DNA of 64,000 nt, taken from the NCBI RefSeq assembly GCF_988242995.1, contig NZ_OZ547043.1; one strand, 5' to 3'. Within the stretch, counting starts at the first letter, position 1. Every line of letters starts with the position of its first letter. A program made the position numbers and the translations under genes. Positions 30,616 through 42,888 of the stretch are shown here, in pieces. The notes below the pieces were generated by a model. It saw only the letters and a program-made list of their open reading frames with translations, ran no database searches and had not been told where the DNA came from.

Positions 30616-31710
30616 ATGTCGCGCGTCAATCATCTATCTTCGCTGTCATTGTTGGCGGTTCTGGTTTTAGCGGGGTGTAGTAGTCAGGCTCCGCAACCGT
30701 TGAAAAAGGGCGAAAAAGCGATAGATGTGGCGAGCGTCGTGCGGCAGAAGATGCCTGCGAGCGTGAAAGACCGCGATGCCTGGGCGAAAGATCTCGCCAC
30801 CACGTTTGAAAGTCAAGGGCTGGCACCGACGCTGGAAAACGTCTGCTCGGTGCTGGCGGTGGCGCAGCAGGAGTCAAATTATCAGGCAGATCCAGCTGTT
30901 CCGAGCTTAAGCAAGATCGCCTGGCAAGAGATTGACCGTCGTGCTGAACGGATGCACATTCCTGCTTTTCTGGTGCATACCGCGCTAAAAATCAAATCGC
31001 CAAACGGCAAAAGCTATAGCGAACGGTTAGATTCGGTGCGTACAGAAAAGCAATTGAGCGCGATTTTTGACGATCTGATCAGCATGGTGCCAATGGGGCA
31101 GACGTTGTTTGGTTCGCTTAATCCGGTGCGCACCGGTGGGCCGATGCAGGTCAGCATTGCCTTTGCCGAACAGCATACCAAAGGGTATCCGTGGAAAATG
31201 GACGGTACAGTCCGTCAGGAAGTCTTCAGTCGTCGCGGCGGGTTGTGGTTTGGTACTTACCATTTACTGAATTATCCCGCCAGCTATAGTGCGCCGATAT
31301 ACCGTTTTGCTGATTTTAACGCTGGCTGGTACGCCAGCCGTAATGCCGCGTTTCAGAACGCGGTCAGTAAGGCCAGCGGCGTGAAGCTGGCACTGGACGG
31401 TGATTTAATTCGTTACGACAGTAAAGAGCCCGGGAAAACCGAACTGGCAACGCGCAAACTGGCGGGAAAACTGGGGATGAGTGACAGTGAAATTCGCCGC
31501 CAGTTAGAGAAAGGGGACGGCTTCTCTTTTGAGGAGACGGCGCTGTACAAGAAAGTTTATCAACTTGCCGAAGCGAAAACGGGTAAATCACTACCCCGCG
31601 AAATGTTGCCTGGCATTCAACTGGAAAGCCCGAAAATCACCCGCAACCTGACTACGGCCTGGTTTGCGAAGCGCGTAGACGAACGGCGGGCGCGTTGTAT
31701 GAAACAGTGA
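30616..31710 (+). CDS. yaiW: lipoprotein YaiW (DUF1615)
   Basis: 364-aa ORF with lipoprotein signal ...LAGCSSQ. Confidence 0.88.
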   Translation: MSRVNHLSSLSLLAVLVLAGCSSQAPQPLKKGEKAIDVASVVRQKMPASVKDRDAWAKDLATTFESQGLAPTLENVCSVLAVAQQESNYQADPAVPSLSKIAWQEIDRRAERMHIPAFLVHTALKIKSPNGKSYSERLDSVRTEKQLSAIFDDLISMVPMGQTLFGSLNPVRTGGPMQVSIAFAEQHTKGYPWKMDGTVRQEVFSRRGGLWFGTYHLLNYPASYSAPIYRFADFNAGWYASRNAAFQNAVSKASGVKLALDGDLIRYDSKEPGKTELATRKLAGKLGMSDSEIRRQLEKGDGFSFEETALYKKVYQLAEAKTGKSLPREMLPGIQLESPKITRNLTTAWFAKRVDERRARCMKQ

Positions 31711-31767
31711 TCAAACAGGAATGTCATGCCAGATAAAGCGTTTTAGGTCCTATCTGGCAAGTAAATC

Positions 31768-32076
31768 TTACTGGCGGCGATGTCGCCAGTGCAGCCATAG
31801 CGCCACTACTGCAAAAATGAGGCAGCCAACTAAAAACGGGATCAGCCCGAAAATGGTGCCGACACCTAAACCAATTTCCACCCGTGGGCGACCTGTTTCC
31901 TGGACCTGCATTAAACGCTCATAGACGCCGGGCGCATGCACTAGCAGGTTCAGCAATTGCGCCCCAGCCCAAAAGCAAAACAGCACAAACAACGCATAGG
32001 CAATATTGCCAGGCGTTGAAGAGGCATTGCGATATTTTCCGCTAAACAGCGATTTTGACAGGGTGAAATCAGCCAT
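31768..32076 (-). CDS. yaiY: inner-membrane protein YaiY (DUF2755)
   Basis: 102-aa hydrophobic ORF, convergent with yaiW. Confidence 0.82.
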
Positions 32077-32335
32077 AAAAACCTCCGGAAGTCATCTGCT
32101 TCTCTTCTGGTGTGATACCAGCGGCTTATGGCAAGTCTGACAGGTCATTAAGATTGTCAATATCAGAATCATGGTAAATTGATGTTGGGAATATTCCCGA
32201 AGCGTGAATCTTCGTCGTAAGTCACAAAATGACAACCTTAAGTTAAATTTATTAACAATTACGGAAATGTTGTCTACGCCACAGACGGATGTTGCAGAAT
32301 ATGCAAGGATGTTGTTTTTCGTTAACGGAGCTGCC

Positions 32336-32548
32336 ATGAACTTGCCTGTAAAAATCCGCCGTGACTGGCACTACTATGCGTTCGCCATTGGCCTTATATT
32401 CATTCTTAATGGCGTGGTGGGTTTGCTGGGATTTGAAGCAAAAGGTTGGCAGACCTATGCCGTCGGTCTGGTGACGTGGGTGATTAGTTTCTGGCTGGCG
32501 GGGCTGATTATTCGTCGTCGCGATGAAGAAACTGAAAACGCCCAATAA
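32336..32548 (+). CDS. yaiZ: small membrane protein YaiZ (DUF2754)
   Basis: ORF 32204..32548; internal ATG at 32336 gives MNLPVKIRRDWHYYAFAIGLIF..., 70 aa. Confidence 0.75.
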   Translation: MNLPVKIRRDWHYYAFAIGLIFILNGVVGLLGFEAKGWQTYAVGLVTWVISFWLAGLIIRRRDEETENAQ

Positions 32549-32574
32549 GAATATTATCGGGCGTTTGAATATTA

Positions 32575-33669
32575 CTACATTGTGGTTTTCAATGCGTTAT
32601 CCGCAGCGTGACGCTCCAGCGCCAGCTCAATCAAACGGGTGATCAGGTCGGTGTAACCCAGACCGCTGGCTTGCCACAGCTTCGGATACATACTGATGTT
32701 GGTGAAGCCAGGCAGTGTGTTGATCTCGTTGATCACCACTTCGTTCTCTGGGGTTAAAAACACGTCTACACGCGCCATGCCTGCGCATCCCAACGTTTGA
32801 TAGGCCTGAACGGCAATCGCCCGGATCTTATCGTTGATTTCTGGCGCAATGGCTGCCGGAACAACCACTTTCGCGCCATCTTCGTCAATGTACTTGGTGT
32901 CGTAGGCATAGAAATCGCTGGTGAGTACGATCTCGCCACAGGTGCTGGCTTGCGGATTGTCGTTGCCCAGAACTGCGCATTCGATCTCACGACCTTTGAT
33001 CCCTTGCTCAACGATCACTTTATGGTCGAACTCGAACGCCAGATCGACGGCAATTGCGTACTGTTCTTCACTGGTTACTTTGCTGACACCAACAGAAGAG
33101 CCCTGATTAGCCGGTTTTACAAACAGCGGTAACCCCAGTTTAGACTCCACTTCGGCAAAACTGATGTTGTGACGATTAGCGCGCGTCAGGGTAATAAATG
33201 GCGCAATGTTCAGCCCGGCATCGCGCAGCAGACGTTTGGTGACATCTTTATCCATACAGGCCGCTGAAGCCAGAACATCAGAACCTACAAACGGTAAATT
33301 GGCGACCCGCAGCATTCCCTGCAAGGAACCATCTTCGCCCAGCGTACCGTGGACAATCGGGAAAATGACATCCACCGTCGGCAACGGCTGACCGTTTTGC
33401 GCGTCGATAAGCTGATGTTCATGTTTACCAGGCACCTGCGCAAGGCTGGTCGCCGAAGGGCGCAACGCAATATGGGCAGGATCGTCTGCATTTAGCAGAT
33501 AATTGCTGGCATCGCTGACGTGCCATTGCCCTTGTTTATCAATGCCCAGCAGCACAACGTCGAAGCGACTTTTATCAATGGCATCGACAATGTTTTTTGC
33601 CGATTGCAGAGACACTTCATGTTCCGCTGATTTACCACCAAAAACGATTCCTACCCGCAGTTTTTCCAT
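32575..33669 (-). CDS. ddlA: D-alanine--D-alanine ligase A
   Basis: 364-aa [24 protein letters not shown]..., ATP-grasp. Confidence 0.94.
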   Translation of the reverse strand: MEKLRVGIVFGGKSAEHEVSLQSAKNIVDAIDKSRFDVVLLGIDKQGQWHVSDASNYLLNADDPAHIALRPSATSLAQVPGKHEHQLIDAQNGQPLPTVDVIFPIVHGTLGEDGSLQGMLRVANLPFVGSDVLASAACMDKDVTKRLLRDAGLNIAPFITLTRANRHNISFAEVESKLGLPLFVKPANQGSSVGVSKVTSEEQYAIAVDLAFEFDHKVIVEQGIKGREIECAVLGNDNPQASTCGEIVLTSDFYAYDTKYIDEDGAKVVVPAAIAPEINDKIRAIAVQAYQTLGCAGMARVDVFLTPENEVVINEINTLPGFTNISMYPKLWQASGLGYTDLITRLIELALERHAADNALKTTM

Positions 33670-34131
33670 CTTAAAAACCTATCCCGTCTAACACAAAGTG
33701 CATACATTACCACGACAAAACGGGGGATTCGCGGCCTTCTGACAGAATGTTGCAATCTTCTGCTGACAAAGCGTGCAACGTACTGGTGAAGAAAGTGCGT
33801 TATCTCAATGATGTGCGCAAGATCACAAAAATGATGAACGGGAAGCTAATTTATTCCTGGCTTGTATGGCCATGCAGTGAGTTTTTTTCTCTTAATTATA
33901 AGTTAACGAAGAAAATATATTTCATAACTTTTATTTATAATAAAGGTTGATAATTAAAAGCCTATATTTTGTGTGGGTAATTATTAAAATAAGAGAAACG
34001 TTTCGCTGGTAATCAAACAAAAAATATTTGCGCAAAGTATTTCCTTTGTCATAAAAATAATACTTCCAGACACTATGAAGTTGTGAAACATAATGTTAAC
34101 TTCTCCATACTTTGGATAAGGAAATACAGAC

Positions 34132-34392
34132 ATGAAAAATCTCATTGCTGAGTTGTTATTTAAGCTTGCCCAAAAAGAAGAAGAGTCGAAAGAACTGTGC
34201 GCGCAGGTAGAAGCTTTGGAGATTATCGTCACTGCAATGCTTCGCAATATGGCGCAAAATGACCAACAAAGGTTGATTGATCAGGTAGAGGGGGCGCTGT
34301 ACGAGGTAAAGCCCGATGCCAGCATTCCTGACGACGATACGGAGCTGCTGCGCAATTATGTAAAGAAGTTATTGAAGCATCCTCGTCAGTAA
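34132..34392 (+). CDS. iraP: anti-adaptor protein IraP (RpoS stabiliser)
   Basis: 86-aa [25 protein letters not shown]... Confidence 0.9.
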   Translation: MKNLIAELLFKLAQKEEESKELCAQVEALEIIVTAMLRNMAQNDQQRLIDQVEGALYEVKPDASIPDDDTELLRNYVKKLLKHPRQ

Positions 34393-34412
34393 AAAGTTAA
34401 TCTTTTCAACAG

Positions 34413-34430
34413 CTGTCATAAAGCTGTCAC
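34413..34430 (+). promoter_or_regulatory. Pho box (PhoB binding site) of phoA promoter
   Basis: ctgtcataaagctgtcac, two 7-bp direct repeats CTGTCA(T/C) spaced 11 bp, ~60 nt upstream of the phoA GTG. Confidence 0.85.
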
Positions 34431-34492
34431 GGCCCAGACTTATAGTCGCTTTGTTTTTATTTTTTAATGTATTTGTACATGGAGAAAATAAA

Positions 34493-35908
34493 GTGAAACA
34501 AAGCACTATTGCACTGGCACTCTTACCGTTACTGTTTACCCCTGTGACAAAAGCCCGGACACCAGAAATGCCTGTTCTGGAAAACCGGGCTGCTCAGGGA
34601 GATATTACTGCACCCGGCGGTGCTCGCCGCTTAACGGGTGATCAGACCGCCGCTCTGCGTGATTCTCTTAGCGATAAACCTGCCAAAAATATTATTTTGT
34701 TGATTGGCGATGGGATGGGGGACTCGGAAATTACTGCTGCACGCAATTATGCCGAAGGTGCGGGCGGCTTTTTTAAAGGTATCGATGCATTACCGCTTAC
34801 CGGGCAATACACTCACTATGCGCTGAATAAAAAAACCGGCAAACCGGACTACGTCACCGACTCGGCTGCATCAGCAACCGCTTGGTCAACTGGTGTCAAA
34901 ACCTATAACGGCGCGCTGGGCGTCGATATTCACGAAAAAGATCACCCAACGATTCTGGAAATGGCAAAAGCCGCAGGTCTGGCGACCGGTAACGTTTCTA
35001 CCGCAGAGTTGCAGGATGCTACGCCCGCTGCGCTGGTGTCGCATGTGACCTCGCGCAAATGCTACGGTCCGAGCGTGACCAGTGAAAAATGTACGGGTAA
35101 CACGCTAGAAAAAGGCGGGAAAGGATCGATTACCGAACAGCTGCTTAACGCTCGTGCCGATGTTACGCTTGGCGGCGGCGCAAAAACCTTTGCTGAAACG
35201 GCAACCGCCGGTGAATGGCAGGGAAAAACGCTGCGTGAACAGGCACAGGCGCGTGGTTATCAGTTGGTGAGTGATGCTGCCTCGCTAAATGCGGTGACGG
35301 AAGCGAACCAGCAAAAACCCCTGCTAGGACTGTTTGCTGACGGCAATATGCCAGTGCGCTGGCTAGGACCGAAAGCAACGTACCACGGCAATATCGACAA
35401 GCCCGCAGTTACCTGTACGCCTAATCCGCAACGTAATGACAGCGTACCGACCCTGGCGCAGATGACCGACAAAGCCATTGAATTGTTGAGTAAAAATGAG
35501 AAAGGCTTTTTCCTGCAAGTTGAAGGTGCATCAATCGATAAACAGGATCACGCTGCGAATCCTTGTGGGCAAATTGGCGAGACGGTCGATCTCGACGAAG
35601 CCGTACAACGGGCGTTGGAATTCGCTAAAAAGGATGGCAACACGCTGGTCATAGTCACCGCTGATCACGCCCACGCCAGCCAGATTGTCGCGCCGGACAC
35701 CAAAGCGCCGGGCCTCACCCAGGCGCTAAATACAAAAGATGGCGCAGTGATGGTGATGAGTTACGGGAACTCCGAAGAGGATTCACAAGAACATACCGGC
35801 AGTCAGTTGCGTATTGCAGCGTATGGCCCACATGCTGCCAATGTCGTTGGACTGACCGACCAGACCGATCTCTTCTACACCATGAAAGCCGCTCTGGGGC
35901 TGAAATAA
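34493..35908 (+). CDS. phoA: alkaline phosphatase
   Basis: ORF 34451..35908; GTG at 34493 after ggagaaaataaa gives [21 protein letters not shown] signal peptide, 471 aa; active-site DSAASATAW. Confidence 0.93.
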   Translation: MKQSTIALALLPLLFTPVTKARTPEMPVLENRAAQGDITAPGGARRLTGDQTAALRDSLSDKPAKNIILLIGDGMGDSEITAARNYAEGAGGFFKGIDALPLTGQYTHYALNKKTGKPDYVTDSAASATAWSTGVKTYNGALGVDIHEKDHPTILEMAKAAGLATGNVSTAELQDATPAALVSHVTSRKCYGPSVTSEKCTGNTLEKGGKGSITEQLLNARADVTLGGGAKTFAETATAGEWQGKTLREQAQARGYQLVSDAASLNAVTEANQQKPLLGLFADGNMPVRWLGPKATYHGNIDKPAVTCTPNPQRNDSVPTLAQMTDKAIELLSKNEKGFFLQVEGASIDKQDHAANPCGQIGETVDLDEAVQRALEFAKKDGNTLVIVTADHAHASQIVAPDTKAPGLTQALNTKDGAVMVMSYGNSEEDSQEHTGSQLRIAAYGPHAANVVGLTDQTDLFYTMKAALGLK

Positions 35909-36026
35909 AACCGCGCCCGGCGGTGAATTTTCGCTGTCGGGTGGTTTTTTTGCTGTTAGCAACCAGACTTAATGGCAGATCACGGGCGCACACGCTCATG
36001 GTTAAAACATGAAGAGGGATGGTGCT

Positions 36027-36347
36027 ATGAAAATAACATTACTGGTTACCTTGCTTTTCGGTCTGGTTTTTTTAACCACCGTCGGCGCTGCCGAGAGAAC
36101 CTTAACCCCGCAACAACAGCGTATGACCTCCTGTAATCAGCAGGCGACGGCGCATGCGTTGAAAGGGGATGCTCGTAAGACCTACATGAGTGATTGCCTG
36201 AAGAACAGCAAGTCTGCGCCTGGTGAAAAAAGTTTGACGCCACAGCAGCAAAAGATGCGCGAATGTAATAATCAAGCAACGCAACAATCTCTGAAAGGTG
36301 ATGATCGTAATAAGTTTATGAGCGCCTGCCTCAAGAAAGCCGCCTGA
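36027..36347 (+). CDS. psiF: phosphate-starvation-inducible protein PsiF
   Basis: ORF 36009..36347; ATG at 36027 gives MKITLLVTLLFGLVFLTTVGAA; two tandem ~40-aa repeats. Confidence 0.88.
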   Translation: MKITLLVTLLFGLVFLTTVGAAERTLTPQQQRMTSCNQQATAHALKGDARKTYMSDCLKNSKSAPGEKSLTPQQQKMRECNNQATQQSLKGDDRNKFMSACLKKAA

Positions 36348-36448
36348 TACCTGATAGTGCTAACGGGTGAGCTACGAAAATGGCTCACCCGAAATTTCAT
36401 ACTTCTGCCTTTAGCCCCGTCTCTATAATTTGGGAAAATTGTTTCTGA

Positions 36449-37564
36449 ATGTTCCCAAAAATAATGAATGATGAAAATTTTTTCAAAAAAGCGGCGGCGC
36501 ATGGGGAGGAACCTCCTTTAACTCCTCAAAACGAACATCAGCGATCCGGGCTGCGCTTCGCCCGTCGCGTCAGACTACCCCGCGCGGTTGGCCTGGCTGG
36601 CATGTTCTTACCGATTGCTTCAACGCTGGTTTCGCACCCGCCGCCGGGCTGGTGGTGGCTGGTGTTGGTTGGCTGGGCGTTCGTCTGGCCGCATTTAGCC
36701 TGGCAGATAGCGAGCAGGGCCGTCGATCCGCTTAGCCGGGAAATTTACAACTTAAAAACCGATGCAGTATTAGCGGGAATGTGGGTAGGCGTAATGGGCG
36801 TAAACGTGCTGCCTTCCACCGCGATGTTGATGATTATGTGTCTGAATTTGATGGGGGCAGGCGGCCCCCGTCTGTTTGTCGCGGGTCTGGTGTTGATGGT
36901 GGTTTCCTGCCTTGTCACCCTCGAACTGACGGGCATCACCGTGTCGTTCAATAGTGCGCCGCTGGAATGGTGGCTCTCCCTTCCCATTATCGTCATTTAT
37001 CCTCTGCTGTTTGGCTGGGTCAGCTACCAGACGGCGACTAAACTGGCGGAACATAAACGCAGGTTGCAGGTCATGAGTACCCGCGACGGTATGACGGGCG
37101 TGTATAACCGACGTCATTGGGAAACTATGTTACGCAATGAATTTGATAACTGTCGGCGGCATAACCGCGATGCGACATTACTGATTATCGATATCGACCA
37201 TTTCAAGAGCATCAACGATACCTGGGGCCATGATGTGGGCGATGAAGCGATTGTGGCGCTTACCCGACAGTTACAAATAACCCTGCGCGGTAGCGATGTG
37301 ATTGGTCGGTTTGGCGGCGATGAGTTTGCGGTAATCATGTCCGGTACGCCAGCTGAGAGCGCCATTACCGCCATGTTACGGGTGCATGAAGGGCTAAATA
37401 CATTACGTCTGCCGAATACGCCACAGGTAACTTTACGGATTAGTGTGGGGGTTGCGCCGCTGAACCCACAAATGAGTCACTATCGTGAGTGGTTGAAATC
37501 GGCAGATTTGGCGCTTTACAAAGCAAAGAAAGCCGGACGTAACCGCACCGAAGTGGCGGCCTGA
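36449..37564 (+). CDS. dgcC: diguanylate cyclase (GGDEF), membrane MASE2 domain
   Basis: 371-aa ORF; N-terminal TM region then GGDEF domain with RFGGDEF motif (also known as adrA/yaiC). Confidence 0.93.
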   Translation: MFPKIMNDENFFKKAAAHGEEPPLTPQNEHQRSGLRFARRVRLPRAVGLAGMFLPIASTLVSHPPPGWWWLVLVGWAFVWPHLAWQIASRAVDPLSREIYNLKTDAVLAGMWVGVMGVNVLPSTAMLMIMCLNLMGAGGPRLFVAGLVLMVVSCLVTLELTGITVSFNSAPLEWWLSLPIIVIYPLLFGWVSYQTATKLAEHKRRLQVMSTRDGMTGVYNRRHWETMLRNEFDNCRRHNRDATLLIIDIDHFKSINDTWGHDVGDEAIVALTRQLQITLRGSDVIGRFGGDEFAVIMSGTPAESAITAMLRVHEGLNTLRLPNTPQVTLRISVGVAPLNPQMSHYREWLKSADLALYKAKKAGRNRTEVAA

Positions 37565-37580
37565 CGTCCGGCAAAAGTCA

Positions 37581-38390
37581 TCAGGATTTACTGAGTTTTT
37601 CTGATTTTTCCATACACTTCGTCATCGCTTCGATCACTGCGGCACGGAAGCCTTTCTCTTCCAGTACGCGTACCGCCTCAATGGTGGTGCCTCCCGGTGA
37701 GCAGACCATATCTTTCAGTGCCCCCGGATGTTCTCCCGTTTCCAGCACCATTTTTGCGGAACCCATTACCGCCTGAGCGGCAAATTTATACGCCTGGGCG
37801 CGTGGCATCCCGCCCAGCACGGCAGCGTCGGCCATCGCTTCGATAAACATAAAGACGTAGGCTGGCGAAGAACCGCTCACACCGACCACCGGGTGGATCA
37901 TCGGCTCGGCAATTACTTCCGCTTCGCCAAAGCAGCGGAAAATATTCAGCACATCAGCGGTATCTTCTGGGGTTACCAGCGCGTTTGGCGTTACGGAGGT
38001 CATCCCGGCATTAACCAGTGCGGGAGTGTTCGGCATGGCGCGGATAATTTTCCGGTCATGGCCCAGTGCACGGGCAAGCTGGTCGAGCGTGACACCTGCT
38101 GCAATAGAAACGACCAGAGAGTCTTTATTCAGGCTGGAGGTGATTTCGCTAAGCACTTTAATCATGATGCCTGGTTTAACGGCGGCAAAAATGATGTCGG
38201 CGATTTGCGCCACTTCTTGCGCCGATTCTGCGGCGTTGATGCCGAACTGGTCATGCAGGGCGGCGACTTTATCCGGGGAGGGGGTATATACCCAGATTTG
38301 CCCTGGAAGCACCTGACCGCTGGCAATCAGACCGCCGAGAATGGCTTTTCCCATATTGCCGCAGCCAATAAAACCGATTTTCTTTTCCAT
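37581..38390 (-). CDS. proC: pyrroline-5-carboxylate reductase
   Basis: ORF 37581..38498; ATG at 38390 gives [21 protein letters not shown]..., 269 aa. Confidence 0.93.
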   Translation of the reverse strand: MEKKIGFIGCGNMGKAILGGLIASGQVLPGQIWVYTPSPDKVAALHDQFGINAAESAQEVAQIADIIFAAVKPGIMIKVLSEITSSLNKDSLVVSIAAGVTLDQLARALGHDRKIIRAMPNTPALVNAGMTSVTPNALVTPEDTADVLNIFRCFGEAEVIAEPMIHPVVGVSGSSPAYVFMFIEAMADAAVLGGMPRAQAYKFAAQAVMGSAKMVLETGEHPGALKDMVCSPGGTTIEAVRVLEEKGFRAAVIEAMTKCMEKSEKLSKS

Positions 38391-38509
38391 TGCCTCACTC
38401 CTGCCGTGAAATTCATTGTTTTGATAATCGCTGGCAGAAGCATAAACAGAACTATGCCGGAAGGCAAAAGCGCGACACAATAGAGGATTACCCAACAAAG
38501 GATGACTTT

Positions 38510-38968
38510 ATGACAATTTGGGTGGATGCCGACGCGTGTCCCAATGTAATTAAAGAGATTTTGTATCGCGCGGCGGAACGTATGCAGATGCCGCTGGTAC
38601 TGGTAGCAAACCAGAGTTTACGCGTGCCGCCATCGCGATTTATTCGTACGCTGCGCGTCGCGGCAGGTTTCGACGTTGCCGATAACGAAATTGTCCGGCA
38701 GTGTGAAGCGGGCGATTTGGTGATCACCGCAGATATTCCTTTGGCTGCTGAAGCCATCGAGAAAGGCGCGGCGGCGCTTAATCCACGCGGCGAACGTTAC
38801 ACGCCAGCGACCATTCGTGAGCGCCTGACGATGCGCGATTTTATGGATACCTTACGCGCCAGTGGGATCCAGACCGGTGGACCAGATAGCCTTTCACAAC
38901 GTGACCGCCAGACCTTTGCCGCGGAGCTGGAGAAGTGGTGGCTGGAAGTGCAACGTAGTCGTGGCTAA
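38510..38968 (+). CDS. yaiI: UPF0178 protein YaiI
   Basis: ORF 38390..38968; ATG at 38510 gives [24 protein letters not shown]..., 152 aa. Confidence 0.85.
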   Translation: MTIWVDADACPNVIKEILYRAAERMQMPLVLVANQSLRVPPSRFIRTLRVAAGFDVADNEIVRQCEAGDLVITADIPLAAEAIEKGAAALNPRGERYTPATIRERLTMRDFMDTLRASGIQTGGPDSLSQRDRQTFAAELEKWWLEVQRSRG

Positions 38969-38969
38969 A

Positions 38970-39081
38970 TGTAATTTATTATTTACACTTCATTCTTGAA
39001 TATTTATTGGTATAGTAAGGGGTGTATTGAGATTTTCACTTTAAGTGGAATTTTTTCTTTACAATCGAAATTGTACTAGTT
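38970..39081 (+). promoter_or_regulatory. aroL regulatory region: TyrR boxes (38970..38987, 39046..39063) and TrpR-operator-like gtactagtt (39073..39081)
   Basis: tgtaatttattatttaca and tggaattttttctttaca fit TGTAAA-N6-TTTACA; gtactagtt resembles a trp operator half-site. Confidence 0.7.
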
Positions 39082-39150
39082 TGATGGTATGATCGCTATT
39101 CTCATGATATCGGCTTTCGCCGCATTGCGACCTATTGGGGAAAACCCACG

Positions 39151-39675
39151 ATGACACAACCTCTTTTTCTGATCGGGCCTCGGGGCTGTGGTAAAACAAC
39201 GGTCGGAATGGCCCTTGCCGATTCGCTTAACCGTCGGTTTGTCGATACCGACCAGTGGTTGCAATCACAGCTCAATATGACGGTCGCGGAGATCGTCGAA
39301 AGGGAAGAGTGGGCGGGATTCCGCGCCAGAGAAACGGCGGCGCTGGAAGCGGTAACTGCGCCATCCACCGTTATCGCTACAGGCGGCGGCATTATTCTGA
39401 CGGAATTTAATCGTCACTTCATGCAAAATAACGGGATCGTGGTTTATTTGTGTGCGCCAGTATCAGTCCTGGTTAACCGACTGCAAGCTGCACCGGAAGA
39501 AGATTTACGGCCAACCTTAACGGGAAAACCGCTGAGCGAAGAAGTTCAGGAAGTGCTGGAAGAACGCGATGCGCTATATCGCGAAGTTGCGCATATTATC
39601 ATCGACGCAACAAACGAACCCAGCCAGGTGATTTCTGAAATTCGCAGTGCCCTGGCACAGACGATCAATTGTTGA
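39151..39675 (+). CDS. aroL: shikimate kinase II
   Basis: 174-aa ORF with Walker [10 protein letters not shown]. Confidence 0.94.
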
Positions 39676-39715
39676 TTTTCGAGCGCCTATACTTAACGTT
39701 CATCCCGTGAAATAA

Positions 39716-39916
<201 letters not shown>

Positions 39917-40173
39917 CCGCATCAGACTGCTCGGAAGGGATTCTGAGTGCCACCACAAGGGATCTGCGTCACATTTTTCACAATTCATGTTTTTCAAATA
40001 ATTAGAATATTAAACAATAACAATCCATTACTGGAATCATTTGGAATCTTTACATTATGCCGTGCAGGTCTGCTGCTACGCTTTTTGTCATTTGTAGCAC
40101 AGGTAAGTGTCAGCAGTGGTGCTTAGCGCTTGCCCGGTAATTAACGACGAAATAAAAGTAAGGTGGAAGAACA

Positions 40174-40851
40174 ATGAGTGCGTCGTTGGCGATCCTGACC
40201 ATCGGCATTGTACCTATGCAGGAAGTTTTGCCGCTCCTGACAGAATACATTGACGAAGATAATATTTCCCATCATAGCCTGCTGGGGAAGTTAAGTCGTG
40301 AAGAAGTGATGGCGGAGTACGCGCCAGAAGCAGGCGAAGACACCATTCTCACATTATTAAATGACAACCAGCTGGCCCATGTTTCGCGTCGTAAAGTGGA
40401 ACGAGACCTGCAAGGTGTGGTTGAAGTGCTCGATAATCAGGGTTACGACGTCATTATATTAATGAGTACAGCAAACATTAGTAGTATGACCGCGCGTAAT
40501 ACGATCTTTCTTGAGCCGTCGCGGATATTGCCACCGCTGGTTTCCTCTATTGTTGAAGATCATCAGGTGGGGGTTATCGTTCCGGTTGAGGAGATGCTGC
40601 CCGTTCAGACGCAAAAATGGCAAATTTTGCAGAAATCGCCAGTATTTTCATTGGGTAACCCCATTCATGATTCGGAACAAAAAATCATTGATGCCGGGAA
40701 AGAATTACTGGCAAAAGGGGCTGATGTCATCATGCTGGATTGTTTAGGATTTCACCAACGTCATCGCGATTTACTGCAAAAACAGCTCGATGTTCCTGTC
40801 TTGCTCTCTAACGTATTGATTGCACGGCTGGCTGCGGAATTACTGGTGTAA
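40174..40851 (+). CDS. aroM: AroM family protein
   Basis: 225-aa [24 protein letters not shown]... Confidence 0.9.
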   Translation: MSASLAILTIGIVPMQEVLPLLTEYIDEDNISHHSLLGKLSREEVMAEYAPEAGEDTILTLLNDNQLAHVSRRKVERDLQGVVEVLDNQGYDVIILMSTANISSMTARNTIFLEPSRILPPLVSSIVEDHQVGVIVPVEEMLPVQTQKWQILQKSPVFSLGNPIHDSEQKIIDAGKELLAKGADVIMLDCLGFHQRHRDLLQKQLDVPVLLSNVLIARLAAELLV

Positions 40852-40922
40852 TTTTGCGTGACAGCCAGCGCCTCTGGCCCCTATAGTGAAGTAGATGTTC
40901 AACTACCAGACAGGGCTAGTTT

Positions 40923-41207
40923 ATGCTTCAAAGTAATGAGTACTTTTCAGGCAAAGTGAAATCGATCGGCTTTTCCAGCAGCAGCACTGGTCGCGCCAGC
41001 GTGGGTGTTATGGTTGAAGGTGAATACACCTTCAGCACCGCTGAGCCTGAAGAGATGACGGTAATCAGTGGTGCGCTGAATGTGTTACTGCCTGACGCGA
41101 CCGACTGGCAAGTGTATGAAGCCGGTTCGGTGTTTAATGTTCCCGGTCACAGCGAGTTTCATCTGCAAGTTGCCGAACCCACCTCTTATCTGTGCCGCTA
41201 TCTGTAA
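40923..41207 (+). CDS. ppnP: pyrimidine/purine nucleoside phosphorylase PpnP (cupin)
   Basis: 94-aa [33 protein letters not shown]... Confidence 0.9.
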
Positions 41208-41339
41208 TTCCTCGCCTTCCCCTTGAACGGGAGGGCATTTTTCTGAAATGTCCTCTCTTTAACCCATAATAATATTTCCTTTGCTGGGATTTTTTCGATT
41301 TCCGATATATTCATAATTCATCAAGGTTGATATAAATAT

Positions 41340-41694
41340 CAGCGAAGATCTCCAGATATTGTTGCGGAACTGGTTACGATAAAAGATAAATCAGATGATG
41401 AATGGTGGCGTGCTTTGCTGCAAAGTCGCAATGATCATTTGCGCCAAACGGCATTGCGCAACGCACATACCCCGGCGTCGTTGTTAACGGCATTGACTGA
41501 GCCTCAGGATCGGCGTTGGTTATTAATAATCCACAGTTGGCTGCCGATGTGAAAACGATGTGGTTAAAAGAGGAGCCATCATTACTTTTATTTGTCGATC
41601 AACCCGCTCTTTCGCTGTTACGTGATTTAGTGAAAACCGGGGCAACGCGGAAAATTCGCAGTGAAGCGCGTCACCGGCTTGAGGAAAAACAATG
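41340..41694 (+). pseudogene. frameshifted gene remnant (ykiA-like region)
   Basis: Two adjacent coding-like frames with no credible start: ...DEWWRALLQSRNDHLRQTALRNAHTPASLLTALTEPQDRRWLLIIHSWLPM* then ...KTMWLKEEPSLLLFVDQPALSLLRDLVKTGATRKIRSEARHRLEEKQ*. Confidence 0.4.
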
Positions 41695-41852
41695 ACACAA
41701 CGCCCATGGAGCAAGTTACAGCGTAAAACGCATAATATTGCTGCGCTAAAAATTATTGCCCGCCGTAGCGAATAATTATATGCCTGGTGTGGCTTCGTAC
41801 GCCGGATAAGACGCGGCAGGCGTCGCATCCGGCATTAAAGGTAAATCAGCAA

Positions 41853-42764
41853 TTAACGTTGTGCTTCGCCACCTAATCCTTCAATCAGGTTTTGAATTAA
41901 CGCTGCCAGTTCACCAGTCATCAGGATGAAATCGGCATCAAAACGCTGGGCGAAATCTTCACGGTCGATATCTTCGTTTTGATCGCGCAGCTCGTCGCAG
42001 AACTTCAGACGCTTGAGCGAACCATCGTCGCACATCACAAACTGAATGCGCTGCTGCCAGTCGAGCGCCAGTTTAGTCACCACTTTTCCGGCTTCGATGT
42101 GATTGGTGATCTCTTCGCTGGTCAGATCTTGTTTCTTCGCGCGGATCACTCCACCATCTTCCAGCAGCGATTTCAGCTCGGCTTCATCAAGCAGCTGGAA
42201 GCCCTGTGCCGCGCTGCCGGAGCGAACCCATTCGGTCAGCGTCAGTTCAATCGGGTTTTCCATGCTCAATGGTACAACCGGTAACGACCCCAGGCTTTTA
42301 CGCAGCAGTGCCAGCGTATCTTCCGCTTTTTTGGCACTGGCGCAGTCCACCATAATCAAACCGTTAACCGTGTCGATCCACATCATTGTCTGGCTAAAAC
42401 GGCTGAAAGCACGTGGCAGCAGAGAGTGCAGCACTTCGTCTTTCAGCGAATCTTTTTCGGTTTTCTTCAGCTTACGCGCCTGTTCCGCTTCCAGTTTGGC
42501 GATTTTCGCTTCCAGCGCCTGTTTAATCACCGGGGACGGGAGGATTTTTTCTTCTTTGCGCGCACAGATAACAATTTGACCATTGGCAACGTGCGTTAAC
42601 GCATCGCTGTGCGATCCCATCGGAGGTACCCAGCCCATCTTCGCCATGTCCTGGCTGCCGCATGGGGTAAATGCCATCGAGGCTAGCTGTTTTTCCATCT
42701 CTTCTGCACGCAGCGAAATCTCGCGGCTAAGACGGTAAACCATTAAATTTTTGAACCACAGCAT
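41853..42764 (-). CDS. rdgC: recombination-associated protein RdgC
   Basis: ORF 41853..42836; ATG at 42764 gives [27 protein letters not shown]..., 303 aa. Confidence 0.92.
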
Positions 42765-42888
42765 GATAATTTCCACGGCCTTGTCGTTAAATTTAGCGGG
42801 CATGATAACGAATTGTCGGCGGCCTTGCATTGCCAATCCGGTTGTCCGTCTCTACGCTATTGATATTGAAAAAAATAAGGAGAGTACC

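Noticed and set aside
33747-33950. 67-aa ORF in the ddlA-iraP intergenic region
   Set aside because: No RBS, very AT-rich sequence with poor codon usage; more likely part of the iraP promoter region than a gene.
35909-35960. Putative terminator hairpin after phoA
   Set aside because: A T-tract (ggtggtttttttgc) is present but I could not find a convincing perfect stem upstream of it, so it is not listed as a feature.
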